The position numbers and the translations under genes are program-made. From Octopus sinensis (taxonomy: Eukaryota): a stretch of 64,000 nucleotides of DNA. The stretch is taken from contig NC_043017.1 in assembly GCF_006345805.1 (NCBI RefSeq), forward strand, positions 4,402,001-4,466,000, written 5' to 3'. The notes beneath the pieces were generated by a model. It saw nothing but the letters and a program-made list of their open reading frames with translations. It was not told the DNA's origin and ran no database searches. Below are positions 13,009 to 27,595 of the stretch, piece after piece (the first letter of the stretch is position 1; every line of letters starts with the position of its first letter).

Positions 13009-16000
13009 CACAAAGAGGAAGAAAAAGGAAAGACAGAAGCAAAAGGCATCCCATTCATAAAAAGCATGGGTAAATTTGATATGAAATAATGGAGACAACG
13101 ATGATAAAAATGATGTGGTGGTGATGATGGCAATAGTGATCATGGTCATGATGATGATGATAATGGTGGTGTTGATGATAGTTGTGGTGGTTGTAATGAT
13201 TATGATTGTTGTTGTTGATGCTGATGATGGTCATGATGATGATGGTCATGATGATGGTGCTGCTCATGATTCAGAGAGTGATTAGTCAGCAATTATATAA
13301 ACTGTTTGACTTCTCTCCATCATCCTGGAGTCAACAGAAACAATATTCACACCCACTTCCCACACAGACAGGATCCCAATGCTTACAGAATTCATTCAGA
13401 AACAATCAAAACATGAGTCAGTGAAGGGGCATTGATATGGTCCACTGGACCTGCTAGAAATAGCAGCCAGATCTCCCTCATATTTCATCCTACTGTTTTC
13501 CAAGAAAAGCTAAGTTGGATAATGTGTCCTGCATCCACTATAAACACTTTGAGTACTCTGCACATCATCATCATCATCATCATCGTTTATCGTCCGTTTT
13601 CCATGCTGGCATGGGTTGGACGCTTTTGACTGAGGGCTGGCGAACCAGATGGCTGCACCAGGCTCCAGTCTGATCTGGCAGTGTTTCTACAGCTGGATGT
13701 CCTTCCTAACGCCAAACACTCCGTGAGTGTAGTGGGTGCTTTTTACGTGCCACCAGCACAGAAAAAAATTGACGTTATATGTCACAAGTGGGATTCGAAC
13801 CCACGGTCATGGACTAGAATACACAACGTTCAGGTTAAGGTACCTGGCGCCTTAGACCATTCGGCCAAAAACAAAAATTAACAAGAAACAATGATCATGG
13901 CTGCAATGCCTTTGATCATAAGCCTGCTCAATCAGGGTTCGCCTGGGGTTAACCACGACACATATATACTACAAAACACTCATAATCACTACATGTACTC
14001 TTGAGTAATATGAAGTCACTACTGATGTGTATATATTTTTTCGTCAGTGACCAGCACAATTCCCTTTTATCATTGTCTTGCAGCCCCCTAATATTTCCCT
14101 GAAGGATTATGGCCGTTTACAGAAAGATGGTGATTTGAAAGTGAGATGTCATTCTGATAACCGAGCTCGACCAAGGTAAGTAACCAAAGAACTTCTCTTC
14201 CCATTTGGAAGAATTCTTGGAATGGTTCTGCTGGAACGGAGTTGTTTGCAAATGTTGGTGTAGCCCCAGATCCTTCCTGATCAGGCAAACCCATGTCCAG
14301 TGTCCCAACTCTGACCAGTTTCTCTTTCATTTAGAACATGGTGCATCTAGGATTACATTATACAATGTGCCCATCCAGGATAGTTCCAATTCAGCAGCAC
14401 TCCATTCAGAGACATTCCATCCGTGAACATCCTGTTTTTTCATTCAAATAAAATAAATACCAAGCTTTAAAAAAAAAAAAAGGACTGGGGTAATTCATTC
14501 AACTAAAAGTTCCTCAAGGCAGTGCTCCAGCATGGCTGGAGTCTAATGAGTGAAACAAGTAAAAGATATAGTGTCTCTAAGGCTACATAATCCAATGTGT
14601 CTGTCTCTGTGGTAGCTACTTACCCCCAGGTCAGCCCTGACCCAGTAAATCCAGAACCAAGAATATTTCAGCTGTGACAAACTTCTTTTATATTCCAACA
14701 GTTTGTTGGAATACAAAAAATAAAAGATTCTGATTTGAGAGAGATGTAGCTACTATTTCAGGTTGGTCAAACAGCCACATAGTGTAACTTTCTTGCTGGT
14801 GGTGAGGGTATTGTTGTTTGACATCTGGCCAGCTCTGACTAAGCAGCCTCATGATAGAAGACACTCCTGCTGTCACGCTATTGTCATTATATATATTGAG
14901 GATCACTACATTCTAGATGTCCTTTGTTTTCAAGATAGTATCTTGTAATTTGAACTGCTATTTCCTGCAAGACAGGCAAACATGTAATCTCTCGCTTGTT
15001 GGCCTATGCTCCCTCTTCTGACTCTAGTGTTAACCTTTTGGCATTTAAACTGACCATACCTGGCCCAAATATTCTACCTGGTTTTTACCTGTTTTATTTT
15101 CAAACAGGCTAGAACTGGCCTCTCACACCTACCTTACGATATTATTCCAAAAATATTTAATCACATCATTGAAATCTCGAAGCTATGAGATAATACAGGA
15201 TTAATTCAAAACGATGTGAACGAATTAACATTATATTTGACAAAGTAATCTGAATGCTAATGTGTTAATTTTTACACCTAATTCCTTTGAGACTATATTT
15301 TCTGAGCAAGATTTAAATTTTAGTAAAATGTTTTTTTCTTCATTTTCTTTCTAGATATATTTTTCTCTTTGACAAAGTGATGCTTATGTGTAAATCACGG
15401 GTAAGTGAATTATTCTAAAATCTTTTATTCTTTTTATTCTACATACATGTACATATAAAAAAAATCAAAAATATGTTTTAGATATATTACAGTACTTTTC
15501 CCCTATTTCTCATTTTCTGCTGATATTGAACATTTTTGCTGAAGTTTATGTATTATTTTTCTTAATTTATGATATTTCTCATTACTAGATATTGTATGTG
15601 CGCCAATTTGAGAGAGAAAAGGCCTCATAATGAGATGCAAACTGTGTATATATATCACTTGATGAATAACCATGTTGCCGATTACAATACAAAACTCCTC
15701 TCTATTTATGACTCTATCTCTCTCTTTCTCTCCCTCTATCTCTCTACTCAGTTCCCATCCACACTTTCCTCTCTCTCATGACATCCTCTTCTTCTCCCCA
15801 TCTCCCTCATATGTTACTTATGTTCACTTCCATTGAGTAACCTCCTTCACTTGTTATCACCATGATTGTTTTTTTGTTTGCATTTGTTGTTTTATGATAC
15901 ATTCTTTTCTACAGAAATGCATTGAAACAATAGAACCATTGTCAGCAATTACATTGTTAAAATAAGCCTTTCTCTCTCTCTTTCTTCCCCACACCCATCT

Positions 16001-17753
16001 CACCATCCATATAAATATCCACTTAAATTACTGAAAAGTGATAGATGCGAGCTTCAAGTCCTCCCACTGGGCAAGTTGTCTTGTTTTCTGTCACAAATTC
16101 TTACTTTTTCACAAAATTAAAATCTTCATATTTATTATTGTTATTAAACAACATTGGAAAACGTTTTGGTTTTAATGCAGGAGAGAATGTCCTTCAAGTG
16201 GCACAAATTTAGTTTGAGCTTGAGGAATTATTCCAAGATGTCTAGAAAAGTTTCTAATTAATTTTTGATTTGAATACATTAAGTTTTCTCTCATTCATTT
16301 ATTTAATTTTTTTACATTATTATTTTTTTTTTGTTAACTATTCAGTTCATCAGTGTTCATCCATTCAGTTTTCAAGACATGTCTGCATGTTCAAAAGTTC
16401 ACCTCCCATTTTGGAACAACCTTGTCTTTTTCACTACTGTTTCTCCATCACCTTCTTTTTTAGATTGAGATTAATCTATCTAAAGATGCCATGTCTTACT
16501 TAATTTCAGTTTAATTCCCTTCAGTTCAGCCAAGCTCACTTCACTTAGCTTGAGCTCAATCCACTACAGTTCAGTTGAGCTATGCCCAAATCAATACAGG
16601 TTACTTGAGCTCCAATCCACTACAGTTTAGTTGGGCTCAGTTCAATACAGTTCCATTGAATTTGGTTCAGTACAAGTAATTTCATTCAATTCTCTTTGAT
16701 ACACTGTGATTTAGTTCTCTTTCATGTTGTCTTTGTAGTCTTCACAAATGCAGTAGACTGTCATTTTTAAACAAAGTTGTAATAATTTTTGATTCATTTC
16801 AGAGTGGCAAAACAGATATTATTACATGTGACACTATTCACCCCTCTCTCAAATTATAATAGAATAGCACATGATAATACACATATAGTGGAACAATAAT
16901 ATGTATAATGATACAAAATTACATTAATAATGTGATAATATATATATAACAATTTATGGTAAATACACTTACTATACAAACAACTTGTTTAATGATATAA
17001 ATCCTTTTAATAACTGGTAACAACTTCTAATATTACTTACAGAATACTTTAACAATATGTTAATATACATATAATAGCAACAATACATATACGATAATAA
17101 TAACAAATCATAATACACACTTGTAACAGTAATAATAAAACACAGTGACTGTAAGAGAGTTGCAGTGATGTGTATAGAGTTGCCCATGTTTATTTTCACC
17201 TTGAATATTTTATCAATCTATTTGTTTAGCAGTTCCATCTACCAGGACATTTACCAAAATCTAAGATTTTTTTTTTTCTTTTTTAATTGGCAAGAAGTTG
17301 CAACTTTTCCTTTTAAACCCTTTTGATGTATCTTGATTTCTTTTCTGAAGTCTTTGTAATTGTTTTGAGAGTGTTTTCAGAAATTATTCTTAATTTATAT
17401 ATATATAAATTAAGAATAATTTCCGAGAGACCTCCAAGGGGCTAAGCGCTTTCTAGATGCAAAACCATTGGTCACTCTATGACCAGACACAGACTTAACT
17501 ATATATATATAATAATTTGAGGGAATATTATTCCAAACTTACAAGGAAAAATTCAATTTATAAATACTAAATCAAATTTCACAAAATATAATATATATAT
17601 AAATTTGAAAAAACCACTTTTATCAATTCAAAACGCAAAATTAAAATACACCATCTAGAAAATTACATATAATAGAAATATTAAATATAAAACGTATACC
17701 GATGAATATGTGCAAAATAATAAATAAAACGTATATATTTGGTAGAATAACTA

Positions 17754-17797
<44 letters not shown>

Positions 17798-18895
17798 TGG
17801 GGCTGAAGTCACTAAAGCATTCTTTGTTGATGCTTTGTGCTCTTGATAAAAGCAATTTTTATATAGAATCAGAATAATTTGGCAGGTAGTGGTAATTTCT
17901 TTATATTTAACTCTTCTGAAATTAACCTCTGAGAGGCTGCCTATTGTTCTGTGAGAGACATTTTTTTTCTGTTTAAAAGTGATTGTATCTATATTGAAAC
18001 CACCTTTCATAATTTTATGTTAAGTATCTTTCCCAATAGTTGATTATTTTCAAAATTAATTGGACATATTGATAGTGTGACAGGATTAACCAACCGAGGA
18101 GTGTCACATTTGATGAGGAATAAGCTTTTAGGAAAATGGTCCTTCCTTAAATGTGACCAATAGGCAGCTGTTCTTTGTAAGGGCATACATCAAATTTAGC
18201 ATTGTCACATGTTTCTCGTAATCTCTTCAACATAAGCCATATATTCTAATTACTGAAACAGATGAATGATATCAAAATAAAATTAAAGCTTTGTTACTTT
18301 TCTTGAAGGCCCTTTTTGTATTTTTAGATAGATCTGGAAATGGCACCCTTAGGTGTGTATGGGTTCTGCAAGTATTCTAGGTCTGCTCCTTTTTTCTCTA
18401 GTCTTCTTCTCAGATTCTTAGATGCATTTAGTTAGAAACTTCTTTCCCTGTAGAATGTAGCTAGCATTAGTGTGGTTAGATGTATGTATACTTACAGAAA
18501 TTTTATATATGTGTGTGTTTGTGTGTGTAAATTCTAATATTTGTCATATATAAAGCTAACAAGATTATATGTATCCAAACTAAGGTTTCATTTGATCAGC
18601 CGTTTGGTCAGTTGGACTAAGAAGATAAAGATTTGGTCAGTGGATTAAGAAGATAAAGATAATGGATATTATGTAATCCTGTTCATATTTCTTATCTTAT
18701 ATATGGCATTGTGTGTGTGTGTGTATAATATATATACATGTATACACACACACATATGTGTACACACACACACATACCCATCTGCATACACACAAATCTA
18801 TATATCATTTCTGCCACAATCACAGCAGCCCAGTAATCAAATTTTCACTCCTTCCTTCATGTGATAAATGTGGTTGATAATGATGATACACACAC

Positions 18896-18938
<43 letters not shown>

Positions 18939-19432
18939 TATACACACACGCACACACACATATACATCCACGCTTTGACTTCCATTTTCTTAGTTTACCA
19001 AGATGTGTTGTCAGTCAATTTGTTCTGTGGCTCTGCTGCCCACAAAGATGCACCTCATCAATATGATGTCTGTAGTAGCCACAGAGGATGTGTTCAATAA
19101 AGCCTTGACTATTGTTCACTGCACAAAACCTCCCTCTTCTCTACTGAATCACAGTAGTGCCACTGAAAGAGCAGCCATTTGCACTCAGCTACACATAGCA
19201 GCAATTCTAGTCAATGTTCTCACTTCGGTTCATATGTGCTATGAACACACATCTTTTTATCCTAGTTTTTCATACATATACATATTTGTAGTATTGTTAT
19301 TGATAATAGTAATAATAATAATAATGATAATAATAATAGGTATTAAAGTCTTTTATTGTATATCTATGATCTTGTCATTGACAATTCTACTTTACTGAGT
19401 GTCTACATGTGTATGTATTATGTGTATGTAAT

Positions 19433-19488
<56 letters not shown>

Positions 19489-21190
19489 CATATTTACATA
19501 TATGTGTCATCATCCTCATAATTTTATGTCCACTTTCTATGCCAGCATGGGTTCGATGGGTTACTGTGATTTAAGTCACACATATTCAGGGTTGCTACAC
19601 ATGTAGACAGGCCAGAGGATCACATCTTTCATGAGTTTAATTTTTAGCTTGATTGCCCTTCCTAATACCAACTACTTGTCAGAATATACTGGGCACCTTT
19701 TCTTTGGCACTCACATACACACACTCACATACACATCCATAAATTTATATCTATACAAATTTATTTTATGTCTGTTTTTCCATACTAATATGGGAAATAC
19801 ATATTGTCTAGTCATTTTTTTATAGCAAGATGCCTTTCCTGTTGCTAACATTTACCTGTTTTGCCAGGGATTTTTCATTCAGTATAAGTATTGTAAATAT
19901 ATTGTAAATGAGGTTTGGATAGATAAATGTTGTAAATATATCCTCTGAGGATGTGAATATGCTCACAAAAGTTGAGGCCTAAATATTGTAAATAAACACT
20001 GTAAAGATTAAGTGTAGAGATATTGTATATATGCAATCTAAAAACTAGGTTAGTAGTGTGGATAATTATAATCTTATTTACAGGAAATGGTAATCTTTCT
20101 TGTATTAGAATTAATGCTAAAAGGAAAATTAATAATTGAAGAAAGAAAGAAATGAAAAAATCCCAAACCATTCAAGTCTTGATTTCTAATCTGCAAAGAA
20201 CCTCTTGAGAGCTGGTCATTATCTCCACTTTTATGGCATCAATGAGAATTATAAATCTCTCCAGGATTAGCTGTCGGTCTCTTACTAGCAACATTCTCTG
20301 GTGTTCCAATATCTATTCCATTCTAACAGCTAGAAGAACAGAGGCTGTGTAGAATAAAGTACTCTACCAGAAACACAAGGAAAACCTGCATTTGATTTAA
20401 ATTCTTGCTTTATGTTGAGGTAATTCAATATTCGTTCCGTTTGGCTAACATAGTTTAGCTTGTGCTAAGAAGAAATGCTAAGAAAATCTTTTAAAATGAA
20501 TTTGGGTAAATTTATTACCAAATTCTGATGAAATGTTTGAAAAGACTGTTGAAATATATTTTGAAGATCACCTGAATATTTTAAGCAAATAATGTGCTAG
20601 AAATATCAGCCAAATCTCTCTCACATTTACCATACCATCTTGAAAAAGGAAGGATATATTGTATATCAGTTCTCTACCCTTAATGTATGAGAAAAAGCCA
20701 GGGTAGTCGTAGCTGAGGTGCTTTTTTTTATTATGGTTCTGCTTTGTCTGAGCTTACCAGAAACAGACTAAACAACAACATACCCAGTCATCAAACATTT
20801 TCCTCTTAACATTGAACAGCAGTAATCTTTGGATAATTAAGAAATTTCACTTCGTTAGTTCCATATTTTGACCTCAGTTGAGCTGGAAGTGAAGTCTATC
20901 CTTTGTTGTTTCAATCTAAAATTGGTCATTGTGTCTGTTTGTCTGCTTATTCCTTTATCTACCATTCTGTCTAAAAGTTTGTTGTTTCTCTACAGAGATC
21001 TGCCTATTTCTCTATATTATATCTATTCTGAATTAGGCATTTGTAGTTTTATACCCACGTATCTTGCTAGCTTTATATCTGTTTGTTTATGTCTATCTGC
21101 CTTTATATTTATATTTCTGGTTCTGTATCTCTATTAAGCAAATATAACCTAGATATCATCACTAGACACATGCATATGCATCTGTGGGTG

Positions 21191-21231
<41 letters not shown>

Positions 21232-22144
21232 CCTAGTTCCTTTTCTTGAGTTTTGCTTCACCAGCTGGGTCCCAATAATTTATGCTGAAATGATATTATT
21301 AATATGGAGTCTCCCTTTCTCTCTCTCTGGCTTCAGCCCTTCTTCCCTTCTTTTATCTAACAAATTTTGTCCCTACTTAGCTGTTTTAAGGGGATCTATA
21401 TAATGTAGCTCTTAGATTCACTGTACTTTCACACTTCAGCCGAGTGTCAGTGTCAGGGCAGTGAGCCCACTAGAAATAGCAGCTAAATCTCCCTGTCATT
21501 TTATACACGCTACTGTCTGAAATAAAGTAAGGACACCAATAGATAATGTAGTCCTACATACTGGAAAAGACAGGATGGTCACAACTGGAATCCTTTTGAT
21601 CATTCTCAGCTGACCTTTCAGTTATGTTAATGCTAGTCTCTTTCTCATAAGAGTTAACCCTTCCCCTATATCTGAGAGAAAAGGAAAGGGTTAATTCTTA
21701 TGATGTTTCCAATATTGCCCTTCTTCTGAAAAAAGCATGGAGAGGAAAAATGAGGAGGAAAATCAATGAAAAGCTGGAAAAGAAAGAAAGAAACTACAAT
21801 CCCAGTGTAAAATCCATGTTGGAGTAGGTCTATGTGCTGGCTCTTAATACAATAGAATAGAAGTGGTTCTCAATTATTTTCTGCTTATGGTCCCTTTTGA
21901 TTCCCATTCTACTCGGTTGAACCCTCATTGACATTTGATGTTTAAAAAAAAATCCTTTTATATTCGAATATTGTAAGAAATCATATATATATATACATAT
22001 ATGCAGCACGGAATTTTGTCAGTGAACAGGTCGCGGTCTCAAAGCGATGAAAATATTTTGACAAATTAAATTTAAATGTTGAAGTGGATCTAACGGTTTT
22101 GTGTGTTTCTTAAATGACTTATAAACACCTTCCATGCTGCAATT

Positions 22145-22182
<38 letters not shown>

Positions 22183-22309
22183 TTAAAATAGGATAAAATC
22201 TTTATAAGAAATTATCAAGTAGTTAGCGTGAAAAACCTCGTAAGAGAAAAAATCTGTAAATTTTTTCAACTTTGAAAATACTTATTTATATTATATAGAG
22301 GGTACCCTC

Positions 22310-22348
<39 letters not shown>

Positions 22349-24073
22349 CATTAAAATATTTTGTGTACAGTAGAAGTACCACCAATCTATTGCACATAAA
22401 TTTTAACAATGAAATCTGTGTGGACCTCCAATCTGGGCTTACATGGACCCTGGTCAAGAACCTCTGTTGTATATCCTACTTCTTATATATCCTAGTTCTG
22501 ACCACCCTTATAGCACTTTTGATGCTATATAATTTAGTATTTTCTCATATCTATGTTGGTAAACTTATTGAGTTTTTTGTTTCCTGTTGATTCTAAAAAT
22601 GTTAAAACTATTTACCCTGGTAGATGTCCCCCAAAAGCAATAAGATTATATATGATTGCAACTGTTATCCCCTAAAGCCATTTTAAGACTATGATATATC
22701 CTGTTAACTCTTGCTCACTATAGCAATATTAAGACTGTACGCCCTACTAATTGATGCCCATTAAAGCAATGTCAATATTTATTTGCCCTAGTTCTTATTG
22801 ACCCAAGATTATTTATTTTAGTTGTTCCGAGACTGTATACCCAAGTTGTTGTTACCCCACTAGCTAATGAATTTGATATTATTTAGCTAAATCAAAGAAT
22901 CTCTAAGTAGTTTATTGCACTCCTCCCTAACTCACAATTGTTCTTTGGGTTGGGGTGCATTTCCCTTTGTTTCTGGTGCAAACAGTATTTTGTTTTGAAC
23001 GGTTAAATACTTTCATTCTTAGATGTGATAAACTGATGCTTAGTATATCTCTACATCTCCAAAAGCACTACGCATACAAACTACAGTGCACTTGTATGTG
23101 TACGCACTACACCCTCTCACAAGCATATTCACACACGCATCCCTTATACACACATGCACATACATGTATATGCACTCATTGACCTATAAACATTTAAGCT
23201 GAACATCAACCATTTCAACGTCAAAGTTTGTTGGTCTTATCTCTCTTCTGACTAATATATTAAAGAGGGAAAAAACAAAATCATATTCTCTTCTTTATAA
23301 TTAAATTCTTGTTTCCTCTTGCTCGTTAAACAAAAATTTAATTTTCTATTCTTTCCTTTTGTTTAAAGCTATTCTTTGTTGTTTGTTTGACTTGGTTTCA
23401 AACAGTAATTATGGGAGGGGGGGTGAAGACCCTCAAAAAAAGATGCTGATAACAGTGGTTTAATATCTTCAGTTGTGAACATACGAGTAAGAAATGATAT
23501 TGTTTAGTAAAACTGTATCTCAAAAATCTCGTGATGTAGAACTTCAAATTACCTCACCACCTCCAACACCACCACCGTGTGAGAGTGTATGTGTATGATT
23601 ATATATATACATATATATATGCGTGTATGCACGAGTATCCCACCACTATCTAAATATCATAATGATATCAGAATGTCATTCTGTAAAATGTCAACTTTAT
23701 AGCTGTGTAAATTTATGTTCTGTGTTTTATTTCACTTCAAAATATATTATACCACACTTGTGATGGTCTTACATATACACATACATAGACAGTAGGATAC
23801 ATGCACACTCATACCACACACATGCACATTTTTAATTGCTGGATTATCTTTCAACCCATTAAGCCTAATCATTTCACCATAATCAGTTCTTCAGACATTG
23901 CTATCAACCTACCTTTATGCTTTGATTGCCTGAAGAGCAGGTTGCTGTGAAAGTATTAGTTACAAAGTACCAAAGTATAAGTTCAGCTGTTGATGGCAAA
24001 TTTTGGATCCTACATTTTAGTATTTCGTTCTCTAGTGTTTAAAAATATTTCACCCATTTTACACATGTACCCA

Positions 24074-24112
<39 letters not shown>

Positions 24113-26220
24113 TGTTTGTTTTCTTATTTGTCACCCTAAGTAAGATGTTATTGCCATATTATGATGTGCTTCTATATCCAGTTTTATCAAACCACCAAGT
24201 CATCAATATTGTCTGGCTGAGTGTTATCCTGCTTCCTTCACAGTATCATATTGACCAGAACTGTTATGGCTAAATACAAACTGTCTCCTTTATAACCTTG
24301 ACTCTGCTGACCACATGTTTGTGTGTTCTTGTATTATTGTAACCCTGCAGATTGAATGACCAGTTGAATGTCATTGTTGTTGCTTAACTCTGGCTCAGAG
24401 TTAAGCAGATATATGATCAAAAGCAATCCAGCTGTGGTTATCCTGTCTTTCTCCTCGGAGAAAAAGAGTCAGGGTTGCACAAATTAATTATAAAACCCAT
24501 CTATTTTGAAATAATTGATAACATTCTAATGTCCTTATAAGAGAGATTTTCTGGCATTCAAGAGTATGCATTTTTTTGAATTCAGGAGTATGCATTTTTT
24601 GAATTATTAGACATTGATATAAGTTTGAAGAGTTTGGTAATTCGTTTCCCCATACAACATATGGACTCACTAGAAGACAAGTATCTCTCTAGGGGCCATG
24701 AAATATTCCTGTATTGACTGACTCCTAGTAACTGATCTGTCCAGTGCCACAATGGTTGTTTCTCATAGGAACGCAGAAGTCCAGCTTCTCTAACTTGAAA
24801 GCCACTAACTCAACTATTCTGTCTCTAGTGTCTACAGTTTGGTGTCCAGATCTTTTCACCTTTCATTTTGTGGACAGAACACAATTTGGGTAGATAAAAT
24901 GATGGCTGGATTCAAGCAAAGACTACCCTAAAACAGAAAAAAAAAAAAAAAATGAACGGCATGTTTTCTTTTAAATTTTATTTATTTGTGTTGTTCATTT
25001 ATTTGTTTCTTTTCTTTTTCCATGATGAATTTTGTGTTTTTTTTTTTAATTTTGTCTTTTTTTATATTTTCGCCTCCTGTTACACCAGATTGTGGATAAA
25101 CTCTTTTGGGTAAGGCCAACTGAATGACCGATTCTCTGGATGTGTTTTCAATCAGCTGTCCCTTTCGATATGCTCCCAATCCCCGTCCCTTAATCCACCA
25201 CTCCCATTGTGTCGCCGCCGCCACTGCCGCCCTGCTCCTGGTCCCTGGACCAGTGCCCACTGACATGTCTCGCCATAACTTTTTTTTTTTCAGACCCTTA
25301 AATCTTTTACCCCTCCATTCTGATACTAACCCTACTACTACTACTACTGCTGCTGCTACTATTACTACTAATACTATTGTTGCTGCTGTAATGACTACTA
25401 CTACTACTACTACTACTACAGTGCCTGGATTTTGTGCACATTTTATTATTATTATTATTATGTTTTTATTATTTTTATTATTATTATTATGCTTGTTGGT
25501 GCTCACTAATGAGTGTGGTGTCCATGTAATTGCTACCTTCCTCCAATTATGCTGCTTGTTTTATTGTTTTAATTATTAAATTGTTTTAATTATCCTAACT
25601 GCCTCTTTCCTTTCTTCTCCACTCCTCATATCTTATTACACTAGCATCTCTGTCTCTTGCTTTCTCTCTCTCTCTCATCCTCTGTCAATCTCTCTCTCCC
25701 CCACACACATGCATACACACGTCTTTTTCTATTCTGGGTGTACACACACACAGATCCATGCATTCGCTTCTAAGACACAAATAATATAAATAAGGATACA
25801 TTATGTGTGTGTGTATGTATGTTATAGATTTATTGGAGTAAACAGGAAAATTAGAATGCCATGCAAAAGAATATATTTTCTTTTATTTAGCTGTAAAGCT
25901 ACATGAGTAACTCAAAGGGCCGTAGTTTCATGCATTGCCCATACAAACTAGTTTTAGAAGGGCAATGCAGACCTGGTGCCAAGTATCAACAAATGGTTGA
26001 ATTTTCATGGCCAGGAAGATGATGAAAAAGAAATACATGAACTATATACTAATCTTTGGAGAATGTGTGGAGATTTCAGTAAATTCTCCTGTAGAGTTTT
26101 GAAGGTTCTGTACAAAATAAAATCTCTGTACTTGACCCCAAATAGTTATAATCATAAATCCAACATGATATGATTGTAAGCGGAGCTATTCTCTTGTTTA
26201 TACACACCTATATAGTGTTC

Positions 26221-26277
<57 letters not shown>

Positions 26278-27563
26278 AAAGAATTCATAGAATTTGAGAA
26301 CAAGAAAGAATTCATTTTAGGAATTATTTTGGGGATTATTATTTATAGCTTTACGTGCTTTGAAATTCTTTATTCCGAAAAAATAAATATATTTATATAT
26401 ATCACATGATCAACCAGATTATCTGATGTTGTTATACATCACTGGTCACAATGTGCTTTGCATCATTTTAGCAACGTGAAATGAAGTGTCTTGCTCAAGA
26501 ACTCAATATGCAGCTAGTCTGGGAATCGAAACCACGATCTCATAATCGAGAAAGCAACATGCCCAACCACCAGGCCAAGCGCTTTTATATATGTATATAT
26601 AAATAAACACACACAACAAAATTTAGATGAAAAGAAACAAAGAAGAACAATCCTTATTAGAAGGAAAAAAAGTATGATGAACATGATATTCGTTTAATGC
26701 TTGAGAAGTTGTAACGGAGTATTTTAAATGTTTGGGATAATGAATCTTTGCAAAATGGCTACAATTATACTTTATCGAATATTCCCTAAAATGTGGCACC
26801 CCAGCATAACCACAATCCTTTGACTAAAACCAGTGAAAGAATAAAGGTTATAACACACACACACACACACATCTTTATTCTTCAGTCATGGAGGCCCAAG
26901 CCTAGGGCAAAAACTCATTTTAGACTGTTAACTTTGGATATAATAAGCATAACTATTCACTTGATGCGGAGGCACGTGGCTTAGTGGTTAGGGTGTCAGC
27001 ATCCTGATCGTAAGATTGTGGTTTCGATTCCTGGACCGGGCGACGCGTTGTGTTCTTGAGCAAAACACTTCATTTCACGTTGCTCCAGTCCACTCAGCTG
27101 GCAAAAATGAGTAACACTGCGATGGACTGGCATCCCGTCCAGCTGGGGAACACACCGGGAAACTGGGCCCATGAGCCTGGCTAGGCTTTAAAAGGGTGCA
27201 TTTATAATTTTTATTCACTTGATTCAGCAAATTGAGATCTTTATCAGAAGAGGTTTTGCATTATGCAAAATAGATTTTAATGTACTTTAGTACTCTTACA
27301 CTACAATACATAATATAAAGCAGTGTGTGTGTGTGTGTACGCACGCACGCAGTAGTGCACTCACTAACATAGACCACACCCCAAAAAAAGCCATTTTACT
27401 AATTGGCAAAGGCACACACACATCAACACAACAACCACTGCCGTATACTCACGTGCTGTCTCTTCTCTCTATCTACTCCTGCTATCACCACCACACATAA
27501 CTATTTCTCTCTGCATATAATTATATATATGGATATATATATATATATAATTTGTGTGTATTC

Positions 27564-27595
<32 letters not shown>

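Noticed and set aside
15915-16260. Acceptors at 15915 (KCIETIEPLSAITLLK-stop) and 16181 (ERMSFKWHKF...) as alternative exons
   Set aside because: Weak or frame-shifting donors, early stops, no homology; cannot be separated from chance without RNA data
17795-18460. Possible degraded retroelement coding remnant
   Set aside because: No recognisable motif in any frame I read
23369-23404. 36-nt in-frame candidate exon LFFVVCLTWFQT
   Set aside because: U-rich intron-like composition, aag acceptor and mediocre donor
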